From an uncultured Acidobacteriota bacterium (lineage in GTDB: Bacteria > Acidobacteriota > Vicinamibacteria > Fen-336): a stretch of DNA of 64,000 bases. The position numbers and the translations under genes were made by a program. Location: assembly GCA_963720545.1 (NCBI GenBank), contig OY970399.1:3552001-3616000 (forward strand). Direction: 5' to 3'. Under the pieces are notes generated by a model. The model made no database searches. It saw nothing but the letters and a program-made list of their open reading frames with translations, and was not told the DNA's origin. Positions 37,323 to 47,610 of the stretch are shown here, one piece after another (position 1 is the first letter of the stretch; each line of letters opens with the position of its first letter).

Positions 37323-39953
37323 TTAGAAGGTCACCCGCGTGTTGAAGCCGAAGGTGCGGGGCTGGTTGATGAAGTACGACACGCGGGCGCGGGAGCCGCG
37401 CTCCTGGTCGAGGGAGAGCAGCGCGCGTTCGTCGGTGATGTTGTTGACGAACAAGGCCACGTCCCACATGCCGCGGCGTACGCCGAAGCGCACGTTGGCG
37501 ATGCTGTAGGCGGGCAGCTCGGGGTTGAAGGTGAAGGTCGGCTGGGTGAACGGGCCGCCGATGTTGTTCGGCGCGAAGGAATTCAGGTTGACCGTGCCAA
37601 AGGCCGGGTCCTGGTCGCCGATCTGCGTGAAGCGCGAGCCCTGGTGCTGGAAGGTCCCGGTCACGTAGGCCATCGCATTCTGCATGACCGGCCACTGGTA
37701 GGTGGCCGCGGCCGCCAGCTGGAACTTCGGCACCGCGGGCAGGCGGTTGCCGTCCTTGATGCCGGCGATGATGGTGGTGACGCCGGCCGGGTCGGTCGAG
37801 GTGAGCGTCGACTTCAGCACCGAGTCGAGGATGCTGGCCGAGACCGCGAAGTCGAAGTTGTTCGAAGGCGTCGCCGCGAACTCGATCTCGACGCCGGAGC
37901 TGCGCGACTTGGGCACGTTGAAGATGACGCGCGACGAGCACGAGCCGGCGGTGACGGTTGCCTGCAGGTCGTGGATGTCCATGTAGAAGAGCGAGGCGTT
38001 GAGCGTGCCCTTGCCCTGCAGCACGCGCGACTTCGCGCCGACTTCATAGTTCCACGCCTTCTCGTCCTTCCAGTTGTCCTGGCCGCCGAAGGTCGCGAGG
38101 TCGGCCGGGGTGCAAAGCGGCAGGTTCAGCGGGTCGTTGATGCCGCCGAGCCGGAAGCCCTTCGAAACCTGGGCGTTGAGGTTGACGCCCTCCTTCAGCT
38201 TGTAGTCGGCGATGAGGCGCGGCGCGAAGCCGCTGGCGTCGACCGAACCGGCGCTGCGCCCGGGGGCCGCGAAGATGCCGTCGAAGATCTGCACGCGATC
38301 CTCGTTGAAGTTGTAGTAGCGCAGGCCGCCGGTGAGGCTCAACTGCGGGGTGAGCGCGTAGGTCGCCTCGCCGAACACCGCCAGCTGGCTGTAGTCGTAG
38401 TCGAGGTCGGAGAAGAACAGGATGTCGCGGCCCGCGCCGAAGTTGCCGGCGGTGGGGATGCCGGTGATCGACTCGAACCCGGCGACCAGCAGGCTCTGGT
38501 TGTAATGGCGCTTCGACGAACCGTAGAAGCCTCCGGCCACCCAGCGCAGTTCGTCCTTGCCGCCGGTGAAGCGCACCTCCTGGGTCCACGCGGTCGCCTT
38601 GGTGGCGTCGTCGAGCGGCGAGCCGATGCTGTAGACGTTCTCGGGCAGGCCGATCGAGCCGCCGGTGATGCTGCCGGTCAGCGCCGTCGCGTCGCGCACC
38701 GCGAGGATGTCGCGGTTGGTGTACGACGTGATCGAGGTCATCTCGACGCTGCCGAAGCGGTACTTGAGGTTGACGTCGCCGAGGAAGAAGTCGTCGGTGA
38801 ACGGCTCCACCAGCTGGGTGAACTGTTCGCGCTCGCCGAGGCTGATGGCGGGCCGCGTGGTGGTGAAGGGGTTGGCGAGGATGTTGAAGGCGTCGGCGCG
38901 GTTCCAGCCATTGGTGTCCACGCGCTGGAAGATGAAGCGCGGCGTGATCGAGAAGTTGTCGTTCGGCGCGATCTTCACGGCGGCACGGAAGCCGGTGCGG
39001 TTGCCGGAGTTGACGTTCTCGTTCACCGTGTTGCCCGGCTGCACGGCGTCGATGAACCCCGGGGTGCGCGTGTAGTAGCCGACGATGCGCGCCGCCGCGA
39101 AGTCGCCGAGCGGGAAGTTGGCGCCGGCCTTGAGGTCGCCGCCGAGGCTGCCGCTGGTGGCGTTGCCGCCGAACTCGCCGAAGTACTTGGTGACGCCCAG
39201 TTCCGGTTGGTTGGTGATGTAGCGGACGGTGCCCGAGAGCGAGCCCGAGCCGAACAGCGTGCCCTGAGGGCCGCGCAGCACTTCGACACGGTTGACGTCG
39301 AACAGGTCGACGTCGGGCGTGAAGAGCGAAAGCGAGATCACGGAGTCGTCGAGGTACGAGCCGACCTGCTCCTTCACGCCCGGCTGGTCGCGGACGATCT
39401 GACCGGCCGAAACGCCGCGCATCGCAACGGTGCTCTGTCCCGGGCCGAGGTTCTGCACCGTGAAGCCAGCGACGTTCGCTGCCACCGCCTCGAGGCTGTC
39501 GATGCCGCGCGCGTGCATGACTTCCTCGGTGGGTGCTGCGACCGAAAAGGGCGTGTCCTGAACCGTGCCTTCACGCAGCATCGCGGTGACCGTGACTTCA
39601 TCCTCGGCGCGCGCCGCGAGCGAGAAGTCGGCGCTGGCCGTGCCGCCGGCGGCGACGGCGATGTCCTTGACCGACTGCCGGCCGAAGCCGCGCAGCGCGG
39701 CGCTCAGGGTGTAGGTGCCGGTGGGGACGTTGATCGTGTAGGTGCCGTCGGCAGCCGTGACCGCCGACTTGGTGGCGCCGCCGGCCTGGTTAGTGGCCGT
39801 CACGCTGACCCCGGGGACCGTGGCACCCGTGCTGTCGCGCACGGTGCCGGAAATGTGTCCGTCCTGAGACTGGGCATGGGCCGAAACGCCGAGGCCGCAC
39901 ACCACCAGCATCCATGCCACGACCATCGCCAACCTGCTGCGCCGAGAAACCAT
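37323..39953 (-). CDS. TonB-dependent receptor with an N-terminal carboxypeptidase-regulatory-like domain
   Basis: Signal peptide, ISGTVRDSTGATVPG, plug motif RVEVLRGPQGTLFG, C-terminal Phe; GAGGAG RBS. Confidence 0.93.
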   Translation of the reverse strand: MVSRRSRLAMVVAWMLVVCGLGVSAHAQSQDGHISGTVRDSTGATVPGVSVTATNQAGGATKSAVTAADGTYTINVPTGTYTLSAALRGFGRQSVKDIAVAAGGTASADFSLAARAEDEVTVTAMLREGTVQDTPFSVAAPTEEVMHARGIDSLEAVAANVAGFTVQNLGPGQSTVAMRGVSAGQIVRDQPGVKEQVGSYLDDSVISLSLFTPDVDLFDVNRVEVLRGPQGTLFGSGSLSGTVRYITNQPELGVTKYFGEFGGNATSGSLGGDLKAGANFPLGDFAAARIVGYYTRTPGFIDAVQPGNTVNENVNSGNRTGFRAAVKIAPNDNFSITPRFIFQRVDTNGWNRADAFNILANPFTTTRPAISLGEREQFTQLVEPFTDDFFLGDVNLKYRFGSVEMTSITSYTNRDILAVRDATALTGSITGGSIGLPENVYSIGSPLDDATKATAWTQEVRFTGGKDELRWVAGGFYGSSKRHYNQSLLVAGFESITGIPTAGNFGAGRDILFFSDLDYDYSQLAVFGEATYALTPQLSLTGGLRYYNFNEDRVQIFDGIFAAPGRSAGSVDASGFAPRLIADYKLKEGVNLNAQVSKGFRLGGINDPLNLPLCTPADLATFGGQDNWKDEKAWNYEVGAKSRVLQGKGTLNASLFYMDIHDLQATVTAGSCSSRVIFNVPKSRSSGVEIEFAATPSNNFDFAVSASILDSVLKSTLTSTDPAGVTTIIAGIKDGNRLPAVPKFQLAAAATYQWPVMQNAMAYVTGTFQHQGSRFTQIGDQDPAFGTVNLNSFAPNNIGGPFTQPTFTFNPELPAYSIANVRFGVRRGMWDVALFVNNITDERALLSLDQERGSRARVSYFINQPRTFGFNTRVTF

Positions 39954-40088
39954 TTGAGTCTCCTCGTTCAATGTCGAAACCGCTCTGCGTCGTATACCGC
40001 GTGAGTACGAAACCGCCACCGTCTCAAGGAATCGCGTAGAAGATCGCGTTGTTCGAAATACGGCCCGAATAAAGCATTCGTGACCAGT

Positions 40089-40117
40089 TAGATACGGGGC
40101 TTGGCGCCCTTTGTCAA
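40089..40117 (-). promoter_or_regulatory. Possible sigma70 promoter of the TonB receptor
   Basis: Minus strand TTGACA-N17-TATCTA; the -35 is perfect and the -10 is weak. Confidence 0.35.
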
Positions 40118-40312
40118 GTCAATATCTTGTGCGTCCAGGCTAGCCGGCACCTTTTACTAGTGTTTTTGGGCCTCTTTCAGTCGGCCCAATTCTGCACGTT
40201 CTCCACCCTTTCGTCGAATTGGCGTCGCGGCGTCGCCCGGCGCCCGTCACGGCTCCCGGAGGCCCTGCCGCCCGCGACCCCACCCCCGACGTCCTGTCCG
40301 TCGTCACGTCAC

Positions 40313-43300
40313 TCAACCGCCGCCTGCGGCTCGGTTTTGCAGCTCGAGCTCGTGATTCGCTTCGCGCGCCAACTCGGCGAACCGGCACAGTGCGTTTGCA
40401 AGCTGGATCTGGCGCGGGGTCTGGCAATCGGGTTGGAAGAGAAGCGGCGACGCCACGACGATGGCGGCGCATCGCGCTCGCGAGGTGGCAACGTTGAGGC
40501 GGTTGAGGCTGTAGAGGAACTCCATGCCGCGCGGCGCGTCTTCGGCGCGCGAGGTGGCCATGGAATAGATGACGACCGGCGCTTCCTGGCCCTGGAACTT
40601 GTCGACGGTGCCCACGGAAACGCCGCGGTCGCGAAGCCGCTCGGTCAGCCGGTTCACCTGCGCGTTGTACGGGGCAACAACCAGGATGTCGGCTCCGGTC
40701 AGCGGATGACTCGCGCCGTGATGATCGACCCAGTGCGGACGACCCTTCAGGGCTGAGCCTTCCTCCGCCACGGACGCGCTTTCACTCGTCACGGACGCGC
40801 TCTCACTCACCCCGGACGCGCTCTCACTCACCCCGGACGTGCTCTCACTCACCCCGAATGCGCGTTCACTCGCGGCGGATGATCGCTCGCCCGACGTTGG
40901 CGCGTACTCATTCGCCAGCAGCCGGTCGACTATGGCCGACACCGCCTCCACCTCTTCCGTCGACCAGTTCTTGTTGTGGTCGTGGGGGATCGGCGCCATC
41001 CACAAGCCTGAACCGTCGAAGCCGCGTGTGCCGACGAGCTGCTGGCGTTCGCGGCCAGGCTCGGGGTGGAGCTTGCCGTCGTAGAACGCCTCTGAGGTGA
41101 AGCGGCACAGGTCCGGCGCCAGGCGGTACGTCGTGGGCAGGAAGATGCCGTGGTCGGGCGGCATGGTGCGCGCTCTGCCGAGGATGTGTTCGAGCGCCGA
41201 GACCCCGACGCCGTCGGGATGGGTGCCTTTTTGCGGCTGCTCCAGTTGGTTCGGGTCGCCCAGCAGCACCAGGCTGTCGGCGGCGCGCGAAGCCGCCAGC
41301 ACGTTGGCGAGCGACATCTGTCCGGCTTCGTCCACGAACAACACGTCTACGGTGGCGCGTGCCGCATCGCTCGACCACAGCCACACGGTTCCGCCCAGCG
41401 CGCGCGGCCCGGCCGCGAGCCACTCGAGCGCCTTGCGATTGTCATCGAACAATTGCACCGCGCGAGCAACCCGACCGTCTCCGCTGGCATTGTTCGCAAC
41501 GCCACTTGCGGTGGCTTGCGCCGCGCCGTTTCTTGCCACTGTGCCGGTCGCCGCTGCCGGCACCGCACCGTCCTTGTCCCCGTTCTTATGGCCAAGCTCC
41601 ACAGACATGCCGCTCTCACGCGCCAGCTTCGCAACGGCATCGAGCAGGTTGCGGACGACCTTGTGGCTCACTGCCGTGACTCCGACCCGCTTGCCCGCGT
41701 GCAGCAGCGACAGGATCATCCGCGCGCCGAGCGTCGTCTTGCCGGAACCCGGCGGCCCCTGCACTGCGAGCACGCTGCGGTCGAGGTCGGACGCGACTCG
41801 CACCGCGAAATCGTCCACGGTCGCGTCGAACACCGAGCGCGCGAACGGCGCGCGCGACAGCAGGCGCGGCTTCTCGCGCAGCAGCAGCTGGACGCCGCAG
41901 GTCCACGGGTCGGGATGGTTCGCGATCGCCATCACCACGCGCTGCGCAACGTCGGTGTTGAACACCTGCATCGCAAAGAGCGGCCCCGGATCCCGGTCGA
42001 TGGCCGGCGATTTGTGCTTCACGTCGATGGTGCGCGCGGCGCGGTCGTACGCCTCGACCTTGCCAAGCCGCGATTCGTCGCGGCGCGTGAGCTCGCTGCC
42101 GGGCGAGAGCTCGATCTCCTGGCGCGGGTACTGGTAGCGATCGATGAAAGAGCCGGTGGGCTTGCCGGTCTTAGTGTTCGTCATCGCCGAGCGTTCGACG
42201 AAGCGCGCACCGACGATCGCCTGCGGCTCGAACTCGAGCTCGGCATCGTCGAGACCGCGCACGCGGAAGTACTCCCACCAGGCCGCCTTCGCCTCGCGCC
42301 GGTGCCAGTCGATGAGATAGGCGAGCAGCCAACATGGATGCTGTTGATGCTGCGGATCGCTCGCGGAGTCGGGCAAGTCCTTCAGTATCCGGGCGCGCAG
42401 CGCCTCCACTTCGGCGTCGAGCGCCCTCACCGCTTCCGGCGGCGCCTCGGCTTTTGGCGCGGGCCGCGGCACCTCGATGCCTCGCTGCAGCAACTCGAGC
42501 CGCAGCGTTTCCAGCCAGCCGCGCAGCGCTTCGGTCGAGCGGCAATCGTCGCGGTTGTACCCCTCTACGGCGGCGGCGGCCCCCGCGGGCAGCTCGGCAC
42601 CCGGACCGGACTCGATCGCCAGCTCGACCAGCCGCAGGTTGACATTGGCATCGCCGAGCGCGACCTCGCGCCGGAAGCCGTAGAACTGCTCGAGCGTCTT
42701 GATCGAGTAGCTCTCGACGCCGGCGCGCACGCCGTGGTGGACCACCGCGAACAAGTCGACGAAGCGGTCGTTGCGCAGCAGGTGGTCGAGTTCCTCGCAG
42801 CGCGTCGCATGGCGGCCCATCAGCCGTTTCAGCGCGGTGGGCTCGTACTGGCCGTAGTGGTAGATGTGCATCGCCGGGTCGTCGCGGAAGCGCTCGATGG
42901 CGCAATCGATGAACGCCGCGAACGCCGCCTTCTCGCCGGCGTCGTCGCGAGCCCACCACGCCTCGTAGCCGCCGTCGCGCCACACACCAAAGAGGTATTC
43001 GCGGCCGCCCTCGCGCGCGAAGTGCGCGCCCTCGAGATCGAGGAACAGGTCGCCGCGCGACGGCGCGGGCAACGACGCGAGGCCAAGGCCTGGCGCCACT
43101 TCTAGCAGCTCGTAAACAGGCTTGCCCAGGACACGCTGTTCGCGCTGCAGGCGCGCCTGTTCGCGGATACGCGTGTAGGTCTCGCGCGCGCCGCGCCGCG
43201 GCTCGAACGGCACCGGCAGCGCCAGCCCCGCTGCTGCGTCGAGCGTGGCGATTCCCTGGCCGACGAGCTCGACGCGCTGGATGCGGCCGATGCCGGCGAT

Positions 43301-44029
43301 GAAACCCAGATGGTCGTCGGCCCGGCGCCGTGTATCGCAGCGTGGCCACCAGCGGCACATCTCGCACTCGCCGACCGGGTCGGGATAGTCTTCCGCGACG
43401 AGCGCATCGCCGCCGCCGGCGACCGCCTCGAGAAATCGTCGTTTCACCAGCCGGTAGTACGCGGCGTGCTCCGCGTAGCGAAACGATTGCTGGGCACGTT
43501 GCGGGTCGGGCGTGATGACGTGAAAGCTCTCGGGTTCGCGCCCCTGAACGCCCGCGACGAGCTCGGAGTAGAGAGCGAGCTGCAGGATGGTGCGGCCGGC
43601 GGTGGTGCGCGCGAGCTTGGTGTCGACGACCTCGTATGACCACGCCCCGAGCCTGCTGGGCGCCGCGACGCGGCGCAGCACGTCGGCGTAGCCAAACCAC
43701 GGAGCGCTGCCCAGGGCAGCCTGCACGATGACCTCGGCGCCGTCGCGCATGGCGCGCTCCGTCGCAGCCTCGGGATCGGGTTGGATGCGCGCCTCGAAGA
43801 CTGCGAGCCCCTGCTGTTTCAGCGAGTCGACGTAGCCGCGCTCGTGCTGCGCGCCGCGCTCCTTGAGAGCTTCGGCCATGGCGTCCGTCCACTGCGGCGG
43901 CTGAAGGCGGCCGGCGGCCGCCGCCAGGTCGAGCCCGGTGCGGTGGCGGCAGCCGAGGAAGGAAGCGAGGTCGGTGGGGAAGAGCTGCAGCTCGGCGCCG
44001 GGCCCCTCCGGATCCTTGATCATGCGCAT
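40313..44029 (-). CDS. TM0106-family RecB-like nuclease / RNase-H-like / SF1 helicase fusion
   Basis: GYADVL...YEVVDTK...QLALY (PD-(D/E)XK), CEMCRWWPRC, FLDLEG and YNRDDC (RNase H-like), QGPPGSGKT, VDEAGQ, GDPNQL, TVDKFQGQE and NRLNVATSRAR. Confidence 0.92.
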   Translation of the reverse strand: MRMIKDPEGPGAELQLFPTDLASFLGCRHRTGLDLAAAAGRLQPPQWTDAMAEALKERGAQHERGYVDSLKQQGLAVFEARIQPDPEAATERAMRDGAEVIVQAALGSAPWFGYADVLRRVAAPSRLGAWSYEVVDTKLARTTAGRTILQLALYSELVAGVQGREPESFHVITPDPQRAQQSFRYAEHAAYYRLVKRRFLEAVAGGGDALVAEDYPDPVGECEMCRWWPRCDTRRRADDHLGFIAGIGRIQRVELVGQGIATLDAAAGLALPVPFEPRRGARETYTRIREQARLQREQRVLGKPVYELLEVAPGLGLASLPAPSRGDLFLDLEGAHFAREGGREYLFGVWRDGGYEAWWARDDAGEKAAFAAFIDCAIERFRDDPAMHIYHYGQYEPTALKRLMGRHATRCEELDHLLRNDRFVDLFAVVHHGVRAGVESYSIKTLEQFYGFRREVALGDANVNLRLVELAIESGPGAELPAGAAAAVEGYNRDDCRSTEALRGWLETLRLELLQRGIEVPRPAPKAEAPPEAVRALDAEVEALRARILKDLPDSASDPQHQQHPCWLLAYLIDWHRREAKAAWWEYFRVRGLDDAELEFEPQAIVGARFVERSAMTNTKTGKPTGSFIDRYQYPRQEIELSPGSELTRRDESRLGKVEAYDRAARTIDVKHKSPAIDRDPGPLFAMQVFNTDVAQRVVMAIANHPDPWTCGVQLLLREKPRLLSRAPFARSVFDATVDDFAVRVASDLDRSVLAVQGPPGSGKTTLGARMILSLLHAGKRVGVTAVSHKVVRNLLDAVAKLARESGMSVELGHKNGDKDGAVPAAATGTVARNGAAQATASGVANNASGDGRVARAVQLFDDNRKALEWLAAGPRALGGTVWLWSSDAARATVDVLFVDEAGQMSLANVLAASRAADSLVLLGDPNQLEQPQKGTHPDGVGVSALEHILGRARTMPPDHGIFLPTTYRLAPDLCRFTSEAFYDGKLHPEPGRERQQLVGTRGFDGSGLWMAPIPHDHNKNWSTEEVEAVSAIVDRLLANEYAPTSGERSSAASERAFGVSESTSGVSESASGVSESASVTSESASVAEEGSALKGRPHWVDHHGASHPLTGADILVVAPYNAQVNRLTERLRDRGVSVGTVDKFQGQEAPVVIYSMATSRAEDAPRGMEFLYSLNRLNVATSRARCAAIVVASPLLFQPDCQTPRQIQLANALCRFAELAREANHELELQNRAAGGG
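40769..40873 (-). repeat. Five 21-bp in-frame tandem repeats (SESASGV-like) inside the helicase domain
   Basis: Plus-strand consensus CCCGGACGCGCTCTCACTCAC; units at 40769, 40790, 40811, 40832 and 40853. Confidence 0.9.
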
Positions 44030-44117
44030 GTCGGGCTCATTCTCCCGCGTGCCCGGGGCGGGTCAGGACCAGCGGCCATACTTGTATAGTCGAGATAGTT
44101 CCCCGGGGAGGCCCGCA

Positions 44118-44477
44118 TTGAAGTACTTGTGCCTGATCTACGCTGACGAGAACCTGTTCCGGCCCGGCATCGACGGCTTTGCGGCCTTCGGCGACGAGGA
44201 ATGCAAGGCCCTCGACGACGACCTCAAGGCCCGCGGCGTGTGCCTCGCTTCCGAGGCGCTCGAGCCCACCGACACGGCGGCGGTGGTGCGCGTCCGCGAC
44301 GGCCGCGTGCAGACGATCGACGGCCCGTTCGCCGAGGCGAAGGAACAGCTCGCGGGCTTCTACCTCATCGAGGCGGGCGACCTGAAGGCGGCCACCGAGA
44401 TCGCGGCGCGCATCCCGCCCGCGCGCGTGGGCAGCGTCGAGGTGCGGCCGGTCCGCCAGCTACGGGTTCCTAGCTAG
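44118..44477 (+). CDS. YciI/DGPF family protein
   Basis: MKYLCLIY...DGPFAEAKEQLAGFYLI...GSVEVRP; GGAGG RBS. Confidence 0.9.
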   Translation: MKYLCLIYADENLFRPGIDGFAAFGDEECKALDDDLKARGVCLASEALEPTDTAAVVRVRDGRVQTIDGPFAEAKEQLAGFYLIEAGDLKAATEIAARIPPARVGSVEVRPVRQLRVPS

Positions 44478-44488
44478 CAGCTCTTGCG

Positions 44489-45052
44489 TCAGGGCGCTCC
44501 CAGCACCGGCAAGTAGCGTTCGCGCACGATCTTCTCGTGGTACGCCGTGTGCCCGGCAATGATGAAGGCGATGGCGCGCACGCTGAACGGGTTGTCGCTG
44601 GCGACGCCGGTGCGCTTCCAGTCTTCCGGCGAGAACGACCGGAACAGGCTGAGCGTTGCATTGCGCACCCGCGCGAAGTCGGCGACGTGCGCGGCCAGCG
44701 GCAAGCGGTCGGCTTGCGCAGCGGCCACCGCGGCCTCCTGGTCGAAGCTCGGCAGTGGCGCCGTGAACCCACGGGCAAACCAAAGCGCGCGCCCGACGAA
44801 CAGGCGCTCGACGTCGGTCACGTGGCCCACCACGTCGCGCACGCTCCACTTGCCTTCGCCATACGTGCGCAGCGACTGCGGTTCGGTGATCGCCTCGTAG
44901 AACGCCGGCACGCTCGTCAGCTGGTGGGAGAGCGCCGAGATGACGTCGTCGCCGTCCACCTCGCCGATGTAGCGAAAGTAGTACTCGATCGCTTCGCCTG
45001 CCGCTGGGCGGCCGAGCGGAGCGTGCGCAGGTGCGTGTCCCGGTGTGTCCAT
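44489..45052 (-). CDS. DinB family protein
   Basis: YGEGKWSVRDVVGHVTDVER...PLPSFDQ...IAGHTAYH. Confidence 0.88.
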   Translation of the reverse strand: MDTPGHAPAHAPLGRPAAGEAIEYYFRYIGEVDGDDVISALSHQLTSVPAFYEAITEPQSLRTYGEGKWSVRDVVGHVTDVERLFVGRALWFARGFTAPLPSFDQEAAVAAAQADRLPLAAHVADFARVRNATLSLFRSFSPEDWKRTGVASDNPFSVRAIAFIIAGHTAYHEKIVRERYLPVLGAP

Positions 45053-45119
45053 GGGGGAAGGATAGATCAGCGACGCACGCGCACGACAGGGCCATCTGCC
45101 GGCGCGGCGGGGAGAACCA

Positions 45120-47558
45120 CTAGTCGGCGCGCAGCGCCCGCGACGGGCTGAGCGAAAGCGCGCGGCGCGCCGGAATGAACGCGGCGATCATCGCGGCCGC
45201 GCCCAGCGCGAGAGTGGCCGCGGCGAGCGTGCCGGCATCGGCCGCGATCGCGCCCTGCAACACCGAGGCGAGCAGCCGGCCGAGTGCAAACGCAAAGAAG
45301 GCGCCGACCGCCAGCCCGGCGGCGGCCAGCCGGCTGGCCTGGCCGAGGGTCAGGCGCAGTACGTCGCGGTTCGAGGCGCCGAGCGCCATGCGAATTCCGA
45401 ACTCCAGCGTCCGCAGGCTCACCCGGTACGACAGCACGCCGTAGACGCCGGTGAGCGCGAGCACCACGGCGATGGCGCCGAACACGCCCATGATGCCGGC
45501 GATGTACTGCATGCCGATGGTGGCGCTCTTGATCGTGCGCTCCTGCGACTGGATGCGGTCGCCGGGCACGTCGGGATCGATCGCGGCGAGCAGCCTCGGC
45601 ACTTCGCGGCTGAGCGCCTCCGGGTCGCCGCTGGTGCGTGCCGCGAACACCATCTCGAGGCGCGTCTCCTGGCGCAGCGAACGGTACCAGGTGGGCGAGT
45701 TGCGCTGCGCCACCCACTGGTGGATCACGTCGCCGCAGACGCCGACGACGGTGAGCCACGGCGCGTCGCCCGTGGGCGCCCCAGCGCGAAAGCGCTTGCC
45801 AACCGCGTCCTGTCCCGGCCAGAACCGCGCGGCCATCGAGCGGCTGATCACGGCCACCGGCTGGCCGTCGGGCAGGTCGGTGTCGAGGAGCGGCCGGCCG
45901 CTCGTGATCGGCAACCCCAGCACTTCGAAATACCCAGGCTCCACCCAGCGGCTGTTGACGGCAGGCCCTTCCACATTCTTCGGTAGCGGTTGGCCCTCGA
46001 TCTCGACGCTGCGCGAGACGTTCATGGTGCGCGCCGGGAACACGTTCGCCACGGTGGCCGCGGTGACGCCGGGAAGCTGGCGCAGCCGCGCGAGCGTATC
46101 TTCCTTGAACTGCCGCCGCTTCTGCGGATCCTCGAAGCGGTTCTCGGGCAGGCTCACGGCGAAGGTGAGCAGGTTGTGCGTGTCGTAGCCCTGCGGCCCG
46201 TGCAGCAGGTCGAGGGCGCCGCGCAGAGACAGTCCGGCGGTGGCCATCAGCGCCAGCGCCGCGCTCAGTTGCGCCACCACCAGCACGTTGCGTCCACGCT
46301 GCCGGGCGGCGCCAGCAGTCACCGAGCGGCCGCCGTCGCGCAGAGCGCTCGTCACTTCGGCGCGCGTGGCTCGCCACGCGGGATAGGCGCTGACGAGAGC
46401 CGTCGCGATTGCCGCGAGCGCGACGCTGAAGCCGAACGCGCGCCAGTCGGCGCCGAGGTGCTGCCATCCCGGGATGTAGCGCACGATCTCGGCCGGCATG
46501 TTGTCGCGCATGACGCGCGCGCCGAGCGCCATCAGCGGCATCGACAGAATCGAAGCGGCCAGCGCCAGCAGCGCGCCTTCGGTGACCAGCTGGCGGATGA
46601 TCTGGCGGCGGCTCGCACCGAGCGCCAGGCGCACCGACAGCTCGCGCTGCCGCTCGGCGCCGCGCGCCATCAGCATGTTGGCGACGTTGACGCAGGCGAT
46701 GAGCAGCACCAGCAACGCGGCGGCCTGCCACACACCGAGGATGCGGTTGGTAATGGGGTCGGCGAACGCCTTGGCGAAGGAATCAGCGTTGAGACTGCGA
46801 TCGGTGTTGGTGACGGGATGGTCGGCGGCGAGCCGCCGCCCGATGACGGCGAGGTCGGCGCGCGCGTCGCTGACCGAGCGGCCCGGAGCGAGCCGGGCAA
46901 AGACCGACAGGTAGTGCTTGTCGCGCGGTAGCCCGGCCGAGCCCTCGACCGGCATCGCCAGCGGCGCCCAGAACTCTGCCGCTTCGGGAAACTGGAAGCC
47001 GGGCGGCGCCACGCCGACCACCTCGTACGGGACGTTGTCCATGACGATGGTGCGCCCGAGCATCGGCTCGCCGCCGTACATGCGGTGCCAGAGCGCGTTG
47101 CCGAGGACAACCCGGCGGTTCTGGCCTTCCTTGCCTTCCTCGGCCACGAACCCACGACCCGCCACGGGCTGCACGCCGAGCGCCGCGAAAAAATCGGGGG
47201 ACACCGAAGCGCCGGGCACCCGCTCCGAACCGCCCGCGCCGCGAATGTTGGCGTCCCAGTCGTCCGCCGCCACGAAATCGGTGAGTGCCTGCGCCTGCCG
47301 CGCGATGTCGGCGAAGTTCGCGGGCGCCACGTTGTCGCGGGCGAGCTCGTTGAAGTCGCGTCCCTGTTCCCAGACACGCACCAGCTTCGGCACGTTGGGA
47401 AACTCGTAAGAGCGCAGCACGAGCGCATCCAGGAAGTTGAATATGGCGCCGTTCACGGCCAGGCCGACCGCCAGCGTGCCGACGATGAGCGCGGTTGCGG
47501 AAGGTCGCGAACGCGCTGAGCGAATTGCCTGGCGAAGGTCGGAGGAGAGTTGGGCCAT
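45120..47558 (-). CDS. ADOP-like duplicated ABC permease
   Basis: DLRQAIRS, LLIACVNVANMLMARG..RQRELSVRLALGA and EFGIRMALGA. Confidence 0.92.
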   Translation of the reverse strand: MAQLSSDLRQAIRSARSRPSATALIVGTLAVGLAVNGAIFNFLDALVLRSYEFPNVPKLVRVWEQGRDFNELARDNVAPANFADIARQAQALTDFVAADDWDANIRGAGGSERVPGASVSPDFFAALGVQPVAGRGFVAEEGKEGQNRRVVLGNALWHRMYGGEPMLGRTIVMDNVPYEVVGVAPPGFQFPEAAEFWAPLAMPVEGSAGLPRDKHYLSVFARLAPGRSVSDARADLAVIGRRLAADHPVTNTDRSLNADSFAKAFADPITNRILGVWQAAALLVLLIACVNVANMLMARGAERQRELSVRLALGASRRQIIRQLVTEGALLALAASILSMPLMALGARVMRDNMPAEIVRYIPGWQHLGADWRAFGFSVALAAIATALVSAYPAWRATRAEVTSALRDGGRSVTAGAARQRGRNVLVVAQLSAALALMATAGLSLRGALDLLHGPQGYDTHNLLTFAVSLPENRFEDPQKRRQFKEDTLARLRQLPGVTAATVANVFPARTMNVSRSVEIEGQPLPKNVEGPAVNSRWVEPGYFEVLGLPITSGRPLLDTDLPDGQPVAVISRSMAARFWPGQDAVGKRFRAGAPTGDAPWLTVVGVCGDVIHQWVAQRNSPTWYRSLRQETRLEMVFAARTSGDPEALSREVPRLLAAIDPDVPGDRIQSQERTIKSATIGMQYIAGIMGVFGAIAVVLALTGVYGVLSYRVSLRTLEFGIRMALGASNRDVLRLTLGQASRLAAAGLAVGAFFAFALGRLLASVLQGAIAADAGTLAAATLALGAAAMIAAFIPARRALSLSPSRALRAD

Positions 47559-47610
47559 AATCCTCGAGAACGCACGAACCTCACTCCGGGTTCCAGGGAG
47601 TCGCGAATCG

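Noticed and set aside
36995..37345. 116-aa ORF across the repeat tract (and 36958-37941 on the minus strand)
   Set aside because: The translation is a by-product of the DNA repeats (RNG/RIG iterations), the 17-bp period is not a multiple of three, and it overlaps a terminator.
40313..44029. Cas4 / CRISPR adaptation gene
   Set aside because: The Cas4-like nuclease is part of a stand-alone TM0106-type fusion; there is no cas1/cas2 or array.
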